A DNA stretch of 64,000 bases from Macrostomum lignano (taxonomy: Eukaryota), in NCBI GenBank assembly GCA_002269645.1, contig NIVC01000625.1:1-64000 (forward strand), written 5' to 3'. The position numbers were made by a program, and so were the translations under genes. The notes under the pieces were generated by a model. It had not been told where the DNA came from, searched no databases, and saw only the letters and a program-made list of their open reading frames with translations. Position 1 is the stretch's first letter. Each line of letters opens with the position of its first letter. Of this stretch, positions 13,021 through 30,842 are shown piece after piece.

Positions 13021-13332
13021 CCACTGGCGGCTCTCTGCGTACATGCACTGTTCTCTCTAGTAGCAAGAGAACAGTGCGCATTTGATACCAAACTATGCAA
13101 GTACTTTGCATGTAGGTATGGCTACTTGAATTAACTCCCTTTGGTGAACAATTCACACTGTAGAAATAATTACATGTAAGCATGTATGGAATTAGCCAGT
13201 TCTAGCAATCTAGTCCCCCCTTTCAGGGCGGCCAATTAGCAAAAGAAGAAATTTGTTTATGAGAATTTTCTTAAAAGCATTCCTTTTTAATCCTTAAAAT
13301 CGTTTACTCTGCTTTTGCAATGAATCCAGTTG

Positions 13333-13477
13333 CAGGGGGGTATATGTCCCCATGTCCCCCCAGTAAAAGCTATGGAGCGACATGGCAATTCTTTGTCCCT
13401 CCATCAATTCTTTGTTACCTTGTGACCCATTATGGAAATCAATAATTTTGCTTCAGGTTGACAAAATATAGCCCCTG
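13333..13477. mobile_element. Possible MITE with CAGGGG(G/C)TATAT terminal inverted repeats
   Basis: CAGGGGGGTATAT at 13333 and ATATAGCCCCTG ending at 13477. No target-site duplication seen. Confidence 0.35.
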
Positions 13478-13599
13478 CAGCGCAAAAAATGAGTGTCTAT
13501 GGTGCTAAACTTGATTGATTGTGGCGCTAAAATGAGTGCATGCACACCAAAATAAGTGTCTGCCTGCGACGCCAACATGTGCCTAGTGCGCTAACAGGA

Positions 13600-14262
13600 G
13601 TGCCTGCAGTGCTAAAATGAGTTCCTGCGGCTCTAAAATGAGTTCCTGTGGCTCTAAAAGGAGTGCCTGCGGCGCTAAAATGAGTTCCTGTAGTGCTAAA
13701 ATGAGTTCCTGTAGTGCTAAAATGAGTTCCTGTAGTGCTAAAATGAGTTCCTGTAGTGCTAAAATGAGTTCCTGCGGCTCTAAAATGAGTTCCTGTGGCT
13801 CTAAAAGGAGTGCCTGCGGCGCTAAAATGAGTTCCTGTAGTGCTAAAATGAGTTCCTGTAGTGCTAAAATGAGTTCCTGTAGTGCTAAAATGAGTTCCTG
13901 TAGTGCTAAAATGAGTTCCTGCGGCTCTAAAATGAGTTCCTGTGGCTCTAAAAGGAGTGCCTGCGGCGCTAAAATGAGTTCCTGTAGTGCTAAAATGAGT
14001 TCCTGCGGCTCTAAAATGAGTTCCTGTGGCTCTAAAAGGAGTGCCTGCGGCGCTAAAATGAGTTCCTGTAGTGCTAAAATGAGTTCCTGCGGCTCTAAAA
14101 TGAGTTCCTGTGGCTCTAAAAGGAGTGCCTGCGGCGCTAAAATGAGTGCCTGCGGCTCTAAATAAAAGGAGTGCCTGCGGCTCTAAAATGAGTTCCTGCA
14201 GTGCTAAAATGAGTGCCTGCGCGGCGCTAAAATGAGTGCATGTGGCGCTAAAATGAGTCCAC
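13600..14262. repeat. 21-bp minisatellite (GCTAAAATGAGTTCCTGTAGT and variants)
   Basis: About 30 copies with higher-order variant order. Confidence 0.94.
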
Positions 14263-14334
14263 GGTTTTCAAATGCAAGTACGAGCGTACATGTAAGCCTA
14301 GAGAGGGCAGACTTCTTTAACCAATTACCGCCTG

Positions 14335-14620
14335 CAAATGTCCGGCTGGCAAACGTCGGCTGGCAAACGTCTGTTGGCAAACGTCGGCTGGCAAACGTCG
14401 GCTGGCAAACGTCGGCTGGCAAATTTCCCACAGGAAAACGTCGGCTGGCAAACGTCTGTTGGCAAACGTCGGCTGGCAAACGTCGGCTGGCAAACGTCGG
14501 CTGGAAAATTTCCCACAGGAAAACGTCGGCTGGCAAACGTCTGTTGGCAAACGTCGGCTGGCAAACGTCGGCTGGCAAATGTCCCACAGGAAAACGTCGG
14601 CTGGCAAACGTCCGGCAGGC
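14335..14620. repeat. 14-bp GGCAAACGTCGGCT tandem repeat with periodic TTTCCCACAGGAAAACG spacers
   Basis: Direct reading. Confidence 0.9.
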
Positions 14621-14874
14621 AAACATCGTAGACCCACTAGCGAAGCGAGCAACTTTTACCTTGTTTTGAGCTGTTATTGCCTGCTGCATGTTGCTTGTTG
14701 ATATTGCCTGTTCCGTTTTCAGCATCGGTTCCAGAACCGTGTTCTGGTTTGATGAACCACAGGGTTCATCGGTTCGACGCTTTTCACTTTCCTACCGATT
14801 CTGGTTCTGGAACCAATCTTCCTGAAAAGCCTAAGAATTTCAGCTGAAAATTCATACAACTTCATGTACAGGTA

Positions 14875-16129
14875 CGAGCGGTGCACTAAAAAAGTCCTGA
14901 GCCTCGGTGTGAAAGAGAGAATTGGGGCAAATACAGTCAGCTTTTTTCTACATAGTCTCCCTTGACCAAGAAGCACTTGTGACATCTTGATCGCAGTGCT
15001 TCGATGCCGCTCTGAAAGAACTGCTTTGAGCACCCCTCGAACCAGGAGGTCGCAGCATCCTTCAGTGCCTCATCAGTGTCAAATCGCTGCCCACGGAGCG
15101 CCCGCTTGAGATGCGGGAACAGGTGAAAGTCGCTGGGGGCAAGGTCTGGTGAATAGGCTGGGTGCAGCAGCTCTCGGAACCCTGCAACACTGACAGCCGC
15201 CTTTGCCAGTCCACTGGTGTGGGCAGGTGCGTTGTCGTGCAGCAGCACCACACCACGGCTCAGCATTCCCCGCCGATTCTCCTTGATTGCCTCACAACGG
15301 CAGTAGCACAACTTCCAGCAGCAGTGGGCCTTTGGCATCCCAAAAGATGGTGAGCATTATCTTGCCTGCACTGCATCCAGTCCGTGCCTTCAGTGGTGCT
15401 GGTGCACCAACTGGCAGCCACTGATTCGACTCCTCCTTTGACTCGGGATCATGGTGGTGGATCCATGTCTCATCACCGGTCACGCAGCAGGACAGAAAGC
15501 CGGCATGATCTGGATCGTAAGTTTGCAGGACAAGCTTCGCATACTGCAACCGCGCGGACTTCTGCTCGCTTGTCAAGATTCGCGGGATCCACCGGGCCGA
15601 GACCTTCGACAGATGAAGATGCTGGTGCAGGATCTCGATGACCTGTGGGTCAGAGAGCCCGCTTTCCGTGTCTGCCACAGGTTCCCTGACCTTTACTCGC
15701 CGGTCGCCATCAACCAGGGCCGCGCTGGAGGCGCTGGATGTTGTCAGCAGTGACAGCAGTCCGGCGGCGTCCGCATCGAGGGTCATCTTCGAGAGAGTCG
15801 CGGCCACGCTTGAACTTGTCTGCCCATACGCTTGACAGTGGCGTATATGAGGGGGCAGCCCCAGCATACACGGCGCCATGCGACTTTGGATTTCAACAGT
15901 TTTTGAGCCCTCCAGGGTCAGGAATTTGATCACTGCCCTGTACTCAATTTTCAGTTCTTGAGAATTTGCCAATAGGTAGCTGAAAATATTAAGGTGCTAT
16001 GGAACTTATGTAATGCCTAGAGAGCTGAAAATTTTGTCAAAGACTATTAACATATTATTGTGTTAGAGCATCGAGTTTCAGCGCTTTGTGACATGGAATC
16101 TTGGTCGAACTTTTTTAGTGCCCAGCTCG
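14875..16129 (-). mobile_element. Full-length (1255 bp) but frameshifted mariner (DD34D) DNA transposon; transposase at about 15972-14937
   Basis: Imperfect TIRs CGAGCGGTGCACTAAAAAAGT / ACTTTTTTAGTGCCCAGCTCG flanked by TA (14873-74 and 16130-31). Motifs YRAVIKFL, VTGDETW, KIMLTIFWD, LLHDNAPAH and YSPDLAPSDF. At least three frameshifts. Confidence 0.93.
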
Positions 16130-17506
16130 TACATGTAATTGTATACATGAATAAATCGATTCCTCAGCTCCTGGCGCATTGTTGCAGTTTGCCACACGTA
16201 CGTACGACAAACGATCGTAGGTGAGAGCAATTCAAAGCATATGTGAAAGCAGAAATTATACAACTACGACCAGATCACTGAACTTTCGTTTTTACCTCGA
16301 TTGCAGCTATCTATTGAGTTCACCTTTAAGTAGTACAGTCCTTAACTCATGGAGAGTTTAGAATGATATATCATAAAAATTGATCATGATTCGTTGCTTG
16401 AATCCGCTATTATAAAATCTGTTGCTTCTTAATTAACTGTGATTGTATATGAGTGTACTGCTGAGCACTCCATACCCGTACAGCAATCCGACATCGACAA
16501 CATCGACCGCGGTTTCCGATGTCTTGGCTAAAGACGGAAATGGCCGCGTACTTTTTACACGACGTCAGCTGATCGACGTATAACGTCGTTATCCGAAGCG
16601 TAATGTACGAGTTAATATAAGTACTGATTCACCAGCGATGTTCACCGACGTTGGATACGTCAGCGTACGACCGAATGTTGTACGAGTTAGTATTTATAGG
16701 AACTGTTTAATAAAAAGTCTATAGTAGTAGTGCGCGTATGGATAATCAAAACTCGTCCTTGATGCAGAAATGGCCGTCTCAGTTAAATGGCTGACTAGCT
16801 GTAGGTGTTGAAAGCTGTTGAATGCATAACAATTCAATGGCAGGTGAAATTATGCATCCAAACTTCAGTTATATTTGACAGTGTAATTTTAACGGATTAG
16901 GAACGGGCTAAACGGGAGATCTCCATTTCGGTTTGTCTTTGCGATGCTGGTCTTTCTGTTGACTATTTTACATGTAAGAGTATACTAATGTGCAAAATTA
17001 GCAAAATATATGATAAAAATCGTTAATTTTGTCGGATTAACTTTATAACCAATGTTTTCTTTTGCAGCAAGAACAATAGGAAGAGACTAGTTCGTATTAA
17101 CCTTTTCGAAGAAAACTGCACGATTTCAAAAAGTAGTGGTTCAATGCACGTACACCAGCCAGCTAGCGCGGCATGCATGCAGGAAATGAATTGAAATTGA
17201 AAATCAAAATATCTGCTGAAACTAAAAGACAAATTGAAGGACAAGCATGATCAGACTGCACACTGACTGACGACTCAATGAAATGAAGAATAAAAAATTA
17301 AAGTCTATATTTTAGTAAATTTAGAATAGATGATGTAAAAAATTTGCATGCGAATGCGAAACTAGAGGACAGCCACTTATTGTTGCCGCCGATTACATAG
17401 CTAGGCCCTAGCTTTAATATTATACTTATACTATAGGCCTTTGCCATAGCCCATACAATGGGTGAGCTATATTTTATAATATAAGCCAATAAGCCATTGT
17501 GAGGGT

Positions 17507-17717
17507 CAGGGGCGTAGCCAGGAATTTCCTATGGGGGGATACACCAAGGTGAATTTTCTACGGGGGGGGGGGAAACACCAAGGTAAAAGTGCTATGACAG
17601 AGTCACATGGTAGCATGTACAGCAACAAAAGTCAACAAAAAAGTTTTGGTCAGGCTCTTTGGGGCCTGGGGGGGATACATCTACGCCCCTTCCCTATGCC
17701 CCTTCCCTACGCCCCTG
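17507..17717. mobile_element. 211-bp MITE, hAT-like
   Basis: TIRs CAGGGGCGTAG / CTACGCCCCTG. The left flank GTGAGGGT (17499-17506) recurs at 17723-17730 after a 5-bp GTGAG spacer, consistent with an imperfect 8-bp TSD. Confidence 0.65.
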
Positions 17718-18849
17718 GTGAGGTGAGGGTGTATACATGCATACATGCATAATCTATTAGTATTACTACTATAATTTCTAAATTATGATTTGACTTCCTT
17801 CATTTTAAAGCACTTTGCTGTAGTTTATTAATCTCTATAGCAATAGCATAGGTTTTGACTTTTTGACTAGAATCAATTTTCCAATTTATAGGCAAAAACA
17901 ACCTAGAAATTTTTGGGAAATGATCTGTGCACTATGACTATTGGCTTATATGCTATATATGCTCTATTTCTAATTCTAAGTGAAGCTGCATAAAATATAT
18001 TGAAGTTAGGCCCTAATAATTTTGATGTTGGCAATGGAATTAGCCACCTTGCCACAAAGGAAATCATATATCATCAAAAGCCAAAGCTAGTCTTTGGTCA
18101 ATAGGTACAGTAGATTATTGTGCTATATTTATAATTTATTTAGTGCTAAAAATAATTATAAGATTGGATCTTTGTAGTAAAATTGTTGCATATACTTTTT
18201 TATTTGTCCTTTTTGCATTTTAGGTAGGCCTACTATATAAAATATTTCCATTTCTCATTTTTCTTCAAATTTTGCTAGATACTTCAAGTCAAATATATCT
18301 AAAATAATAGCAAAATATATCTTTATTAGTCATACAAGCTATTAAACTCTTATCTTAACATTAAAATTTCAATGCAAATAGTTTCTACAAATAAAGACTA
18401 GGCCTAAGATGTTTAAATGAACATTAAAAAACCTAAGTATTAAATGAAAGTGTTTTAAAAATATAGATTAAAATTAAGATTTGATTTAATCTAATTTGAG
18501 GTCTATAATCAAATAAATTATCAGTTTTCTTTATAGACCCTAAGCATAGGTATATAGACCCTATTTATCAAATTTTTGGTCATGCCTTTTATTTTAACTG
18601 CTTTTTTCTATGATTTGTATAAATTTTGGGGTCAAAAAGATCATATTTTAGCTTTTTAGTTACCTATTAGTCTATAATTGTCTTAGCATTGGCTTTAAGT
18701 AGTATATGTTGATTAAGCCTAGTGATATAACTGGGTAGTTGCTCAGAAACAAGAAATTTTAATTTATCTAATAGTCTTAATAGGCACTAGAATCTATTTA
18801 TTAGACTGAATTAGTTATTAGTTCTATATAAAACAATGTATAAAATGCC

Positions 18850-19900
18850 CTCTAGACTCCAACCAAGTGCAGTAGCACAGCCTGTGTCCACTGTCTCTAG
18901 ACTCCAACTGCAGTAGCACAGCCTGTGTCCACTGTCTCTAGACTCCAACTGCGGTAGCACAGCCTGTGTCCACTGTCTCTAGACTCCAACTGCAGTAGCA
19001 AAGCCTGTGTCCACTGTCTCTAGACTCCAACTGCAATAGCAAAGCCCGTGTCCACTGTCTCTAGACTCTAACTGCAGTAGCAAAGTCTGTGTCCACTGTC
19101 TCTAGACTCCAACTGCAGTAGCACAGCCTGTGTCCACTGTCTCTAGACTCCAACTGCGGTAGCACAGCCTGTGTCCACTGTCTCTAGACTCCAACTGCAG
19201 TAGCAAAGTCTGTGTCCACTGTCTCTAGACTCCAACTGCGGTAGCACAGCCTGTGTCCACTGTCTCTAGACTCCAACTGCAGTAGCACAGCCTGTGTCCA
19301 CTGTCTCTAGACTCCAACTGCAGTAGCACAGCCTGTGTCCACTGTCCCTCTCAACTCCAACTGCAGTAGCACAGCCTGTGTCCACTGTCCCTCTCAACTC
19401 CAACTGCAGTAGCACAGCCTGTGTCCACTGTCTCTAGACTCCAACTGCAGTAGCACAGCCTGTGTCCACTGTCTCTAGACTCCAACTGCAGTAGCACAGC
19501 CTGTGTCCACTGTCTCTAGACTCCAACTGCAGTAGCACAGCCTGTGTCCACTGTCCCTCTCAACTCCAACTGCAGTAGCACAGCCTGTGTCCACTGTCCC
19601 TCTCAACTCCAACTGCAGTAGCACAGCCTGTGTCCACTGTCTCTAGACTCCAACTGCAGTAGCACAGCCTGTGTCCACTGTCCCTCTCAACTCCAACAGC
19701 AGTAGCACAGCCTGTGTCCACTGTCCCTCTCAACTCCAACTGCAGTAGCACAGCCTGTGTCCACTGTCTCTAGACTCCAACTGCAGTAGCACAGCCTGTG
19801 TCCACTGTCCCTCTCAACTCCAACTGCCGTAGCACAGCCTGTGTCCACCGTCCCTCTCAACTCCAACTGCCGTAGCACAGCCTGTGTCCATCGTCCCTCT
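18850..19900. repeat. 41-bp minisatellite directly upstream of pirin
   Basis: Unit CTAGACTCCAACTGCAGTAGCACAGCCTGTGTCCACTGTCT, about 25 copies. Confidence 0.95.
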
Positions 19901-19924
19901 CAAGCTTTCAGCCTCCAGCGCCAG

Positions 19925-21458
19925 ATGTCGCGCCGCGTGTCCCAGAAATTGCCTGGCATCGAGCAGGACGAAGGCGTGGGCGCCCGGGTCCGCCGCAGCA
20001 TCGGCAGGCCGGAGGTGGCCCGCCTGGACCCGTTCCTGCTGCTAGACGAGTTCCGCGGCTCCGCGCCCGCCGGCTTCCCAGACCATCCGCACCGCGGCTT
20101 TGAGACCGTCACCTACGTGCTGGAGGGCGCCGTTCGCCACGAGGACTTCCTTGGCAACCAGGGCGTCATCAGGCCCGGCGACCTGCAGTGGATGACGGCC
20201 GGCAGGGGCATTGTGCACTGCGAGATGCCGCACGGGGAGGTCGAGTGCCGCGGCCTGCAGCTCTGGGTGAACTTGCCGAGGACTGACAAGATGTGCGAGC
20301 CGGCCTACCAGGTAAGGGGCTTCTGGGGTGCGGGATTCCTGGATTCCCTCCCAGTCTGGTTGCGGGAGTGAAGGATTCTCCCTTATCTGTGTGTGGAATT
20401 CCCCCTTATCTTTATATGGGATTCCCTTTTATCTGTGTGTGGGATTCCCCCTTTTTTGTCTGTGGGATTCCCCCCTTATTGGTCTGTGGGATTCCCGTTA
20501 TCTGTGCGTGGGATTGCCCCTTTATCTGTCTGTGGGAATCCCCCCTTATCTGTTTGTGGTATTTCTAGATTCCTCTCATATACGAGCTACTAGCATTAGC
20601 AAATTAATTATTAGACTTACAAATTTTCTCATTCAATCCTCATATTTGCGTATCATTCATGGCCCGTCCCGCGCAGGACCTTCGCTCCTCCGACATCCCC
20701 AGCCGCAGTCAGGACGGCGTCACTGTCCGCGTCATCGCCGGCGAGTCACTGGGTGCCAAGTCGCCCGTGTTCACCCGCACCCCCACCCTGTATCTGGACG
20801 TCACAGTACAACCGGGTGAGCGGCGGGGGATGTCCTACACTGGCTACTCATGCAGCTGACAGCAGTAGGCTGATGCGGATATTCCATACTGGCTACTCAT
20901 GCAGCTGACAGCAGTAGGCTGATGCGGATATCCCATACTGGCTACTCATGCAGCTGACAGCAGTAGGCTGAGGCGGATATCCCATACTGGCTACTCATGC
21001 ACTCTGACAGCAGAAGGCTAGGCAGGATAAACAGTAGTAAGCGTGTGATAAAGTGAAATAACCTTCAACACTCCCTCCCCGGTTCGCTGGCAGGCGCCAA
21101 GGAGTTCACGCAGCCGGTGCCGCAGGACTGGAACGCATTCATATTCGTGCTGAGCGGCCGGGCCGAGTTCGGCAGCAGCGGGGCCGGGGCCGTCATCGGC
21201 GAGGCGCACGAGACCCTGCTGCTGGACCGCTCCGGCCCGGCCGTGCGGGTGGCCCCCGTAACCGGGGCCGCCGCTGCCTGTCGCTTCGTGTTGATCGCCG
21301 GCCGGCCGCTCGGCGAGCCTGTGGAGCAGTGGGGCCCCTTCGTCATGTGCAGCAAGGCCGAGCTGCTCCAGGCCAAGGAGGACTATCGGAATGGCCGCAA
21401 CGGCTTCGAGCGGGCGCCCGGTTGGGCTTCTTTTGTCGTGCGGGAGCAGGCCGACTGA
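19925..21458 (+). CDS. PIR: Pirin (iron-binding bicupin); exons 19925-20311, 20677-20815, 21094-21458
   Basis: Motifs EQDEGVGARVRRSIG, DPFLLLDEF, DHPHRGFET, WMTAGRGIVHCEMP, TRTPTLYLD, GPFVM and NGFERA. Metal ligands are intact and the splice phases fit. Confidence 0.97.
20330..20560. repeat. Degenerate GGATTCCCC/TTATCTGT repeat in pirin intron 1
   Basis: About 8 imperfect copies. Confidence 0.75.
20835..21020. repeat. ~49-bp repeat (3-4 copies) in pirin intron 2
   Basis: Recurrent TACTGGCTACTCATGCAGCTGACAGCAGTAGGCTG. Confidence 0.85.
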
Positions 21459-21504
21459 GTCTTGGATTTGGGCTCGTGCATCATTTGATTTTCTAATACG
21501 CTAC

Positions 21505-22080
21505 CCCTAATGTACACTCTCACCGGCTGATCCCTACCCCCAATGTACACTCTCACCGGCTGATCCCCTACCCCCAATGTACACTCTCACCGGCTGATCC
21601 CCTACCCCCAATGTACACTCTCACCGGCTGATCCCCTACCCCCAATGTACACTCTCACCGGCTGATCCCCTACCCCCAATGTACACTCTCACCAGATGAT
21701 CCCCTACCCCCAATGTACACTCTCACCGGCTGATCCCCTACCCCCAATGTACACTCTCACCGGCTGATCCCCTACCCCCAATGTACACTCTCACCAGATG
21801 ATCCCCTACCCCCAATGTACACTCTCACCAGATGATCCCCTACCCCCAATGTACACTCTCACCGGCTGATCCCTACCCCCAATGTACACTCACCGGCTGA
21901 TCCCTACCCCCAATGTACACTCTCCCCAACCGATCCCTACCCCCAATGTACACTCTCCCTAACCTATCCCTACCCCAAATGTACACTCCCCAACCGATCC
22001 CTACTCCCAATGTACACTCTCCCCATCTGATCCCTACCCCCAATGTACGCTCTCCCCATCTGATCCCCTACCCCCAATGT
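21505..22080. repeat. 34-bp minisatellite downstream of pirin
   Basis: Unit AATGTACACTCTCACCGGCTGATCCCCTACCCCC, period 34. Confidence 0.93.
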
Positions 22081-22489
22081 ACGCTCTTCAAAACTCCCTA
22101 TCCTCCAGTTTACCCTATAGAGTACTGTGTTATCAATGCGTTTGTATGACTCACAAGGGTTTTATAATTTAGCCGACTCTGTTGTGGAATATTCCTGTTT
22201 GATTCAAAAATATTTTTTCTATCTAAAGTTTTGTAATGCAAAATTGTGCTTAGCTTTCCAAAACCGTTGCAGATCTCTCGACAATTTTTGACATCGCTTT
22301 TACATTACTCTAGGTTTTGCAGCGACATGTTTATGTAGAAATATTTTTCTTGAATTATACTTAATTATAAAGGTGTGTTCTAAATTATTCTTATTCTATA
22401 TTCGTCATTAATTTGCTTATTATTTGTATGAGTAAGTAAAACAGTAATATTTTAATAGATATTCAAAACATTGTTTTTTCCTATCATAG

Positions 22490-23500
22490 ATTGCTAATCT
22501 AGCCTATCATGGGTGCAGGAATAGAATGGATTGCTAATCTAGCCTATCATGGGTGCAGGAATAGAATGGATTGCTAATCTAGCCTATCATGGGTGCAGGA
22601 ATAGAATGGATTGCTAATCTAGCCTATCATGGATGCAGGAATAGAATGGATTGCTAATCTAGCCTATCATGGGTGCAGGAATAGAATGGATTGCTAATCT
22701 AGCCTATCATGGGTGCAGGAATAGAATGGATTGCTAATCTAGCCTATCATGGATGCAGGAATAGAATGGATTGCTAATCTAGCCTATCATGGGTGCAGGA
22801 ATAGAATGGATTACTAATCTAGCCTATCACGGGTGCAGGAATAGAATGGATTGCTAATCTAGCCTATCACGGGTGCAGGAATAGAATGGATTGCTAATCT
22901 AGCCTATCATGGGTGCAGGAATAGAATGGATTGCTAATCTAGCCTATCACGGGTGCAGGAATAGAATGGATTGCTAATCTAGCCTATCATGGGTGCAGGA
23001 ATAGAATGGATTGCTAATCTAGCCTATCATGGATGCAGGAATAGAATGGATTGCTAATCTAGCCTATCATGGGTGCAGGAATAGAATGGATTGCTAATCT
23101 AGCCTATCATGGGTGCAGGAATAGAATGGATTGCTAATCTAGCCTATCATGGATGCAGGAATAGAATGGATTGCTAATCTAGCCTATCATGGGTGCAGGA
23201 ATAGAATGGATTACTAATCTAGCCTATCACGGGTGCAGGAATAGAATGGATTGCTAATCTAGCCTATCACGGGTGCAGGAATAGAATGGATTGCTAATCT
23301 AGCCCATCATGGGTGCAGGAATAGAATGGATTGCTAATCTAGCCTATCACGGGTGCAGGAATAGAATGGATTGCTAATCTAGCCTATCATGGGTGCAGGA
23401 ATAGAATGGATTGCTAATCTAGCCTATCATGGATGCAGGAATAGAATGGATTGCTAATCTAGCCTATCATGGATGCAGGAATAGAATGGATTGCTAATCT
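22490..23500. repeat. 40-bp satellite array 1 (GATTGCTAATCTAGCCTATCATGGGTGCAGGAATAGAATG)
   Basis: About 25 near-identical copies ending 23 bp before the first GNPNAT1 exon. Confidence 0.97.
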
Positions 23501-23523
23501 ACGCATTCTCCTCGCCACTCCAG

Positions 23524-26041
<2,518 letters not shown>

Positions 26042-26809
26042 CCGCTGCGACCTGTCTGGGCGATTCTTCCAAGGACGGCTTTGTCTGTCTGTGCAGATCG
26101 GCATGTACATTCTGTGCCTTGGGGGTTGGCCTCATGGGCTTGGAATCGCCGCAATGCACAACGCCAATGTCTATTTATTGATTAGTTAAGCGGGCTATTG
26201 TTTAAACTTTCTAAATTTATATTATATAAAATTGCTTGAATTTTTGGTTTCCTTGGTTGTTAGCGGATTTATTGACACCTGCTTTAGCATTCTTCAGTAT
26301 GTCACACCCCCCTCTGCTTACTCGGAGACGGTCCATGAGTACCCCTGCTACCTGCGTGTGTCATCGCGAGTTGTCACACGCGTGCCTTCGCCAGCTGTGA
26401 TACCGAATCTCACCGAGTCTGTCGCGCCATCACACTTGAGCTGCGCCTGACCGACCGACACTGATTGATTTGTAATTTGGTAGCTTGCCTGTCCCCACCT
26501 CCATGGCTTTTAACTGTATCTTTGTTTCTTTTTATTTCATTGAGTTTTTCTACTTTCTTTGCGCAGGCCAAACTGGTAATCAAGACTGGGACGCAGATTT
26601 CTTAGCTTAGTTTTGCTTATTTCAGATTTTACTTTTGTACTTATTGATGTCCTTTATGATGCCGCTTTGTTCAAATATTTTGGTCTGGATTGGATGGTTT
26701 GGAACAATAATACATCTGGTAGCTGGCGTTTAACTACGGATGTCTGTGTCTCATGTGTTTGATTTATTTTTAGCTGCTATGATTCCATAAGCCTCTAAGA
26801 TGGATTATG

Positions 26810-28810
26810 GAATCTAGCCTATCATGGATGCAGGAGTAGAATGGATCGCTAATCTAGCCTATCATGGGTGCAGGAATAGAATGGATTGCTAATCTAGCCT
26901 ATCATGGATGCAGGAATAGAATGGATTGCTAATCTAGCCTATCATGGCTGCAGGAATAGAATGGATTGCTAATCTAGCCTATCATGGATGCAGGAGTAGA
27001 ATGGATCGCTAATCTAGCCTATCATGGGTGCAGGAATAGAATGGATTGCTAATCTAGCCTATCATGGGTGCAGGAATAGAATGGATTGCTAATCTAGCCT
27101 ATCATGGATGCAGGAATAAAATGGATTGCTAATCTAGCCTATCATGGGTGCAGGAATAAAATGGATTGCTAATCTAGCCTATCACGGGTGCAGGAATAGA
27201 ATGGATTGCTAATCTAGCCTATCATGGGTGCAGGAATAGAATGGATTGCTAATCTAGCCTATCATGGATGCAGGAATAGAATGGATTGCTAATCTAGCCT
27301 ATCATGGGTGCAGGAATAGAATGGATTGCTAATCTAGCCTATCATGGGAGCAGGAATAGAATGGATTGCTAATCTAGCCTATCATGGGTGCAGGAATAGA
27401 ATGGATTGCTAATCTAGCCTATCATGGGTGCAGGAATAGAATGGATTGCTAATCTAGCCTATCATGGATGCAGGAATAGAATGGATTGCTAATCTAGCCT
27501 ATCATGGATGCAGGAATAAAATGGATTGCTAATCTAGCCTATCATGGGTGCAGGAATAGAATGGATTGCTAATCTAGCCTATCATGGATGCAGGAATAGA
27601 ATGGATTGCTAATCTAGCCTATCATGGATGCAGGAATAGAATGGATTGCTAATTTAGCCTATCATGGATGCAGGAATAGAATGGATTGCTAATCTAGCCT
27701 ATCATGGGTGCAGGAATAGAATGGATTGCTAATCTAGCCTATAATGGGTGCAGGAATAGAATGGATTGCTAATCTAGCCTATAATGGGTGCAGGAATAGA
27801 ATGGATTGCTAATCTAGCCTATCACGGGTGCAGGAATAGAATGGATTGCTAATCTAGCCTATCATGGATGCAGGAATAGAATGGATTGCTAATCTAGCCT
27901 ATCATGGATGCAGGAATAGAATGGATTGCTAATCTAGCCTATCATGGGTGCAGGAATAGAATGGATTGCTAATCTAGCCTATCATGGATGCAGGAATAGA
28001 ATGGATTGCTAATCTAGCCTATCATGGATGCAGGAATAGAATGGATTGCTAATCTAGCCTATCATGGATGCAGGAATAGAATGGATTGCTAATCTAGCCT
28101 ATCACGGGTGCAGGAATAGAATGGATTGCTAATCTAGCCTATAATGGGTGCAGGAATAGAATGGATTGCTAATCTAGCCTATCATGGGTGCAGGAATAGA
28201 ATGGATTGCTAATCTAGCCTATCATGGATGCAGGAATAGAATGGATTGCTAATCTAGCCTATCATGGATGCAGGAATAGAATGGATTGCTAATCTAGCCT
28301 ATCATGGGTGCAGGAATAGAATGGATTGCTAATCTAGCCTATCATGGGTGCAGGAATAGAATGGATTGCTAATCTAGCCTATCATGGATGCAGGAATAGA
28401 ATGGATTGCTAATCTAGCCTATCACGGGTGCAGGAATAGAATGGATTGCTAATCTAGCCTATCACGGGTGCAGGAATAGAATGGATTGCTAATCTAGCCT
28501 ATCATGGATGCAGGAATAGAATGGATTGCTAATCTAGCCTATCATGGGTGCAGGAATAGAATGGATTGCTAATCTAGCCTATCATGGGTGCAGGAATAGA
28601 ATGGATTGCTAATCTAGCCTATCATGGGTGCAGGAATAGAATGGATTGCTAATCTAGCCTATCATGGATGCAGGAATAGAATGGATTGCTAATCTAGCCT
28701 ATCATGGATGCAGGAATAGAATATATTGCTAATCTAGCCTATCATGAGTGTAGGAATAGAATGGATTGCTAATCTAGCCTATCATGAGTGTAGGAATAGA
28801 ATGGATTGAA
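26810..28810. repeat. 40-bp satellite array 2 (same unit and orientation as 22490-23500)
   Basis: About 50 copies. Confidence 0.97.
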
Positions 28811-29036
28811 TAGAAATAGTTAATATATCTAATATAAGCAATCTGCAGGGTTTCCCACTGCACAGGTTTTCAGATGCTGCGGAATCTTAGCGCAGTAACC
28901 GGAGATGCTCAGCTTTGTTGGGTCCTCAATTAATAATTCAGCAGCCACACGGGCTGTCTGCTGCTAGAAGCCTGCATTTCTGGTTCAGCTTCTTTTTGCT
29001 AATTTCTCAAGGCTCGGTGCAAAAAAGATTGCTTAG

Positions 29037-30842
<1,806 letters not shown>

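Noticed and set aside
16480-16700. CpG/ACGT-dense patch within AT-rich DNA
   Set aside because: No ORF, terminal repeats or recognisable RNA structure. It may be a promoter but nothing specific can be claimed.
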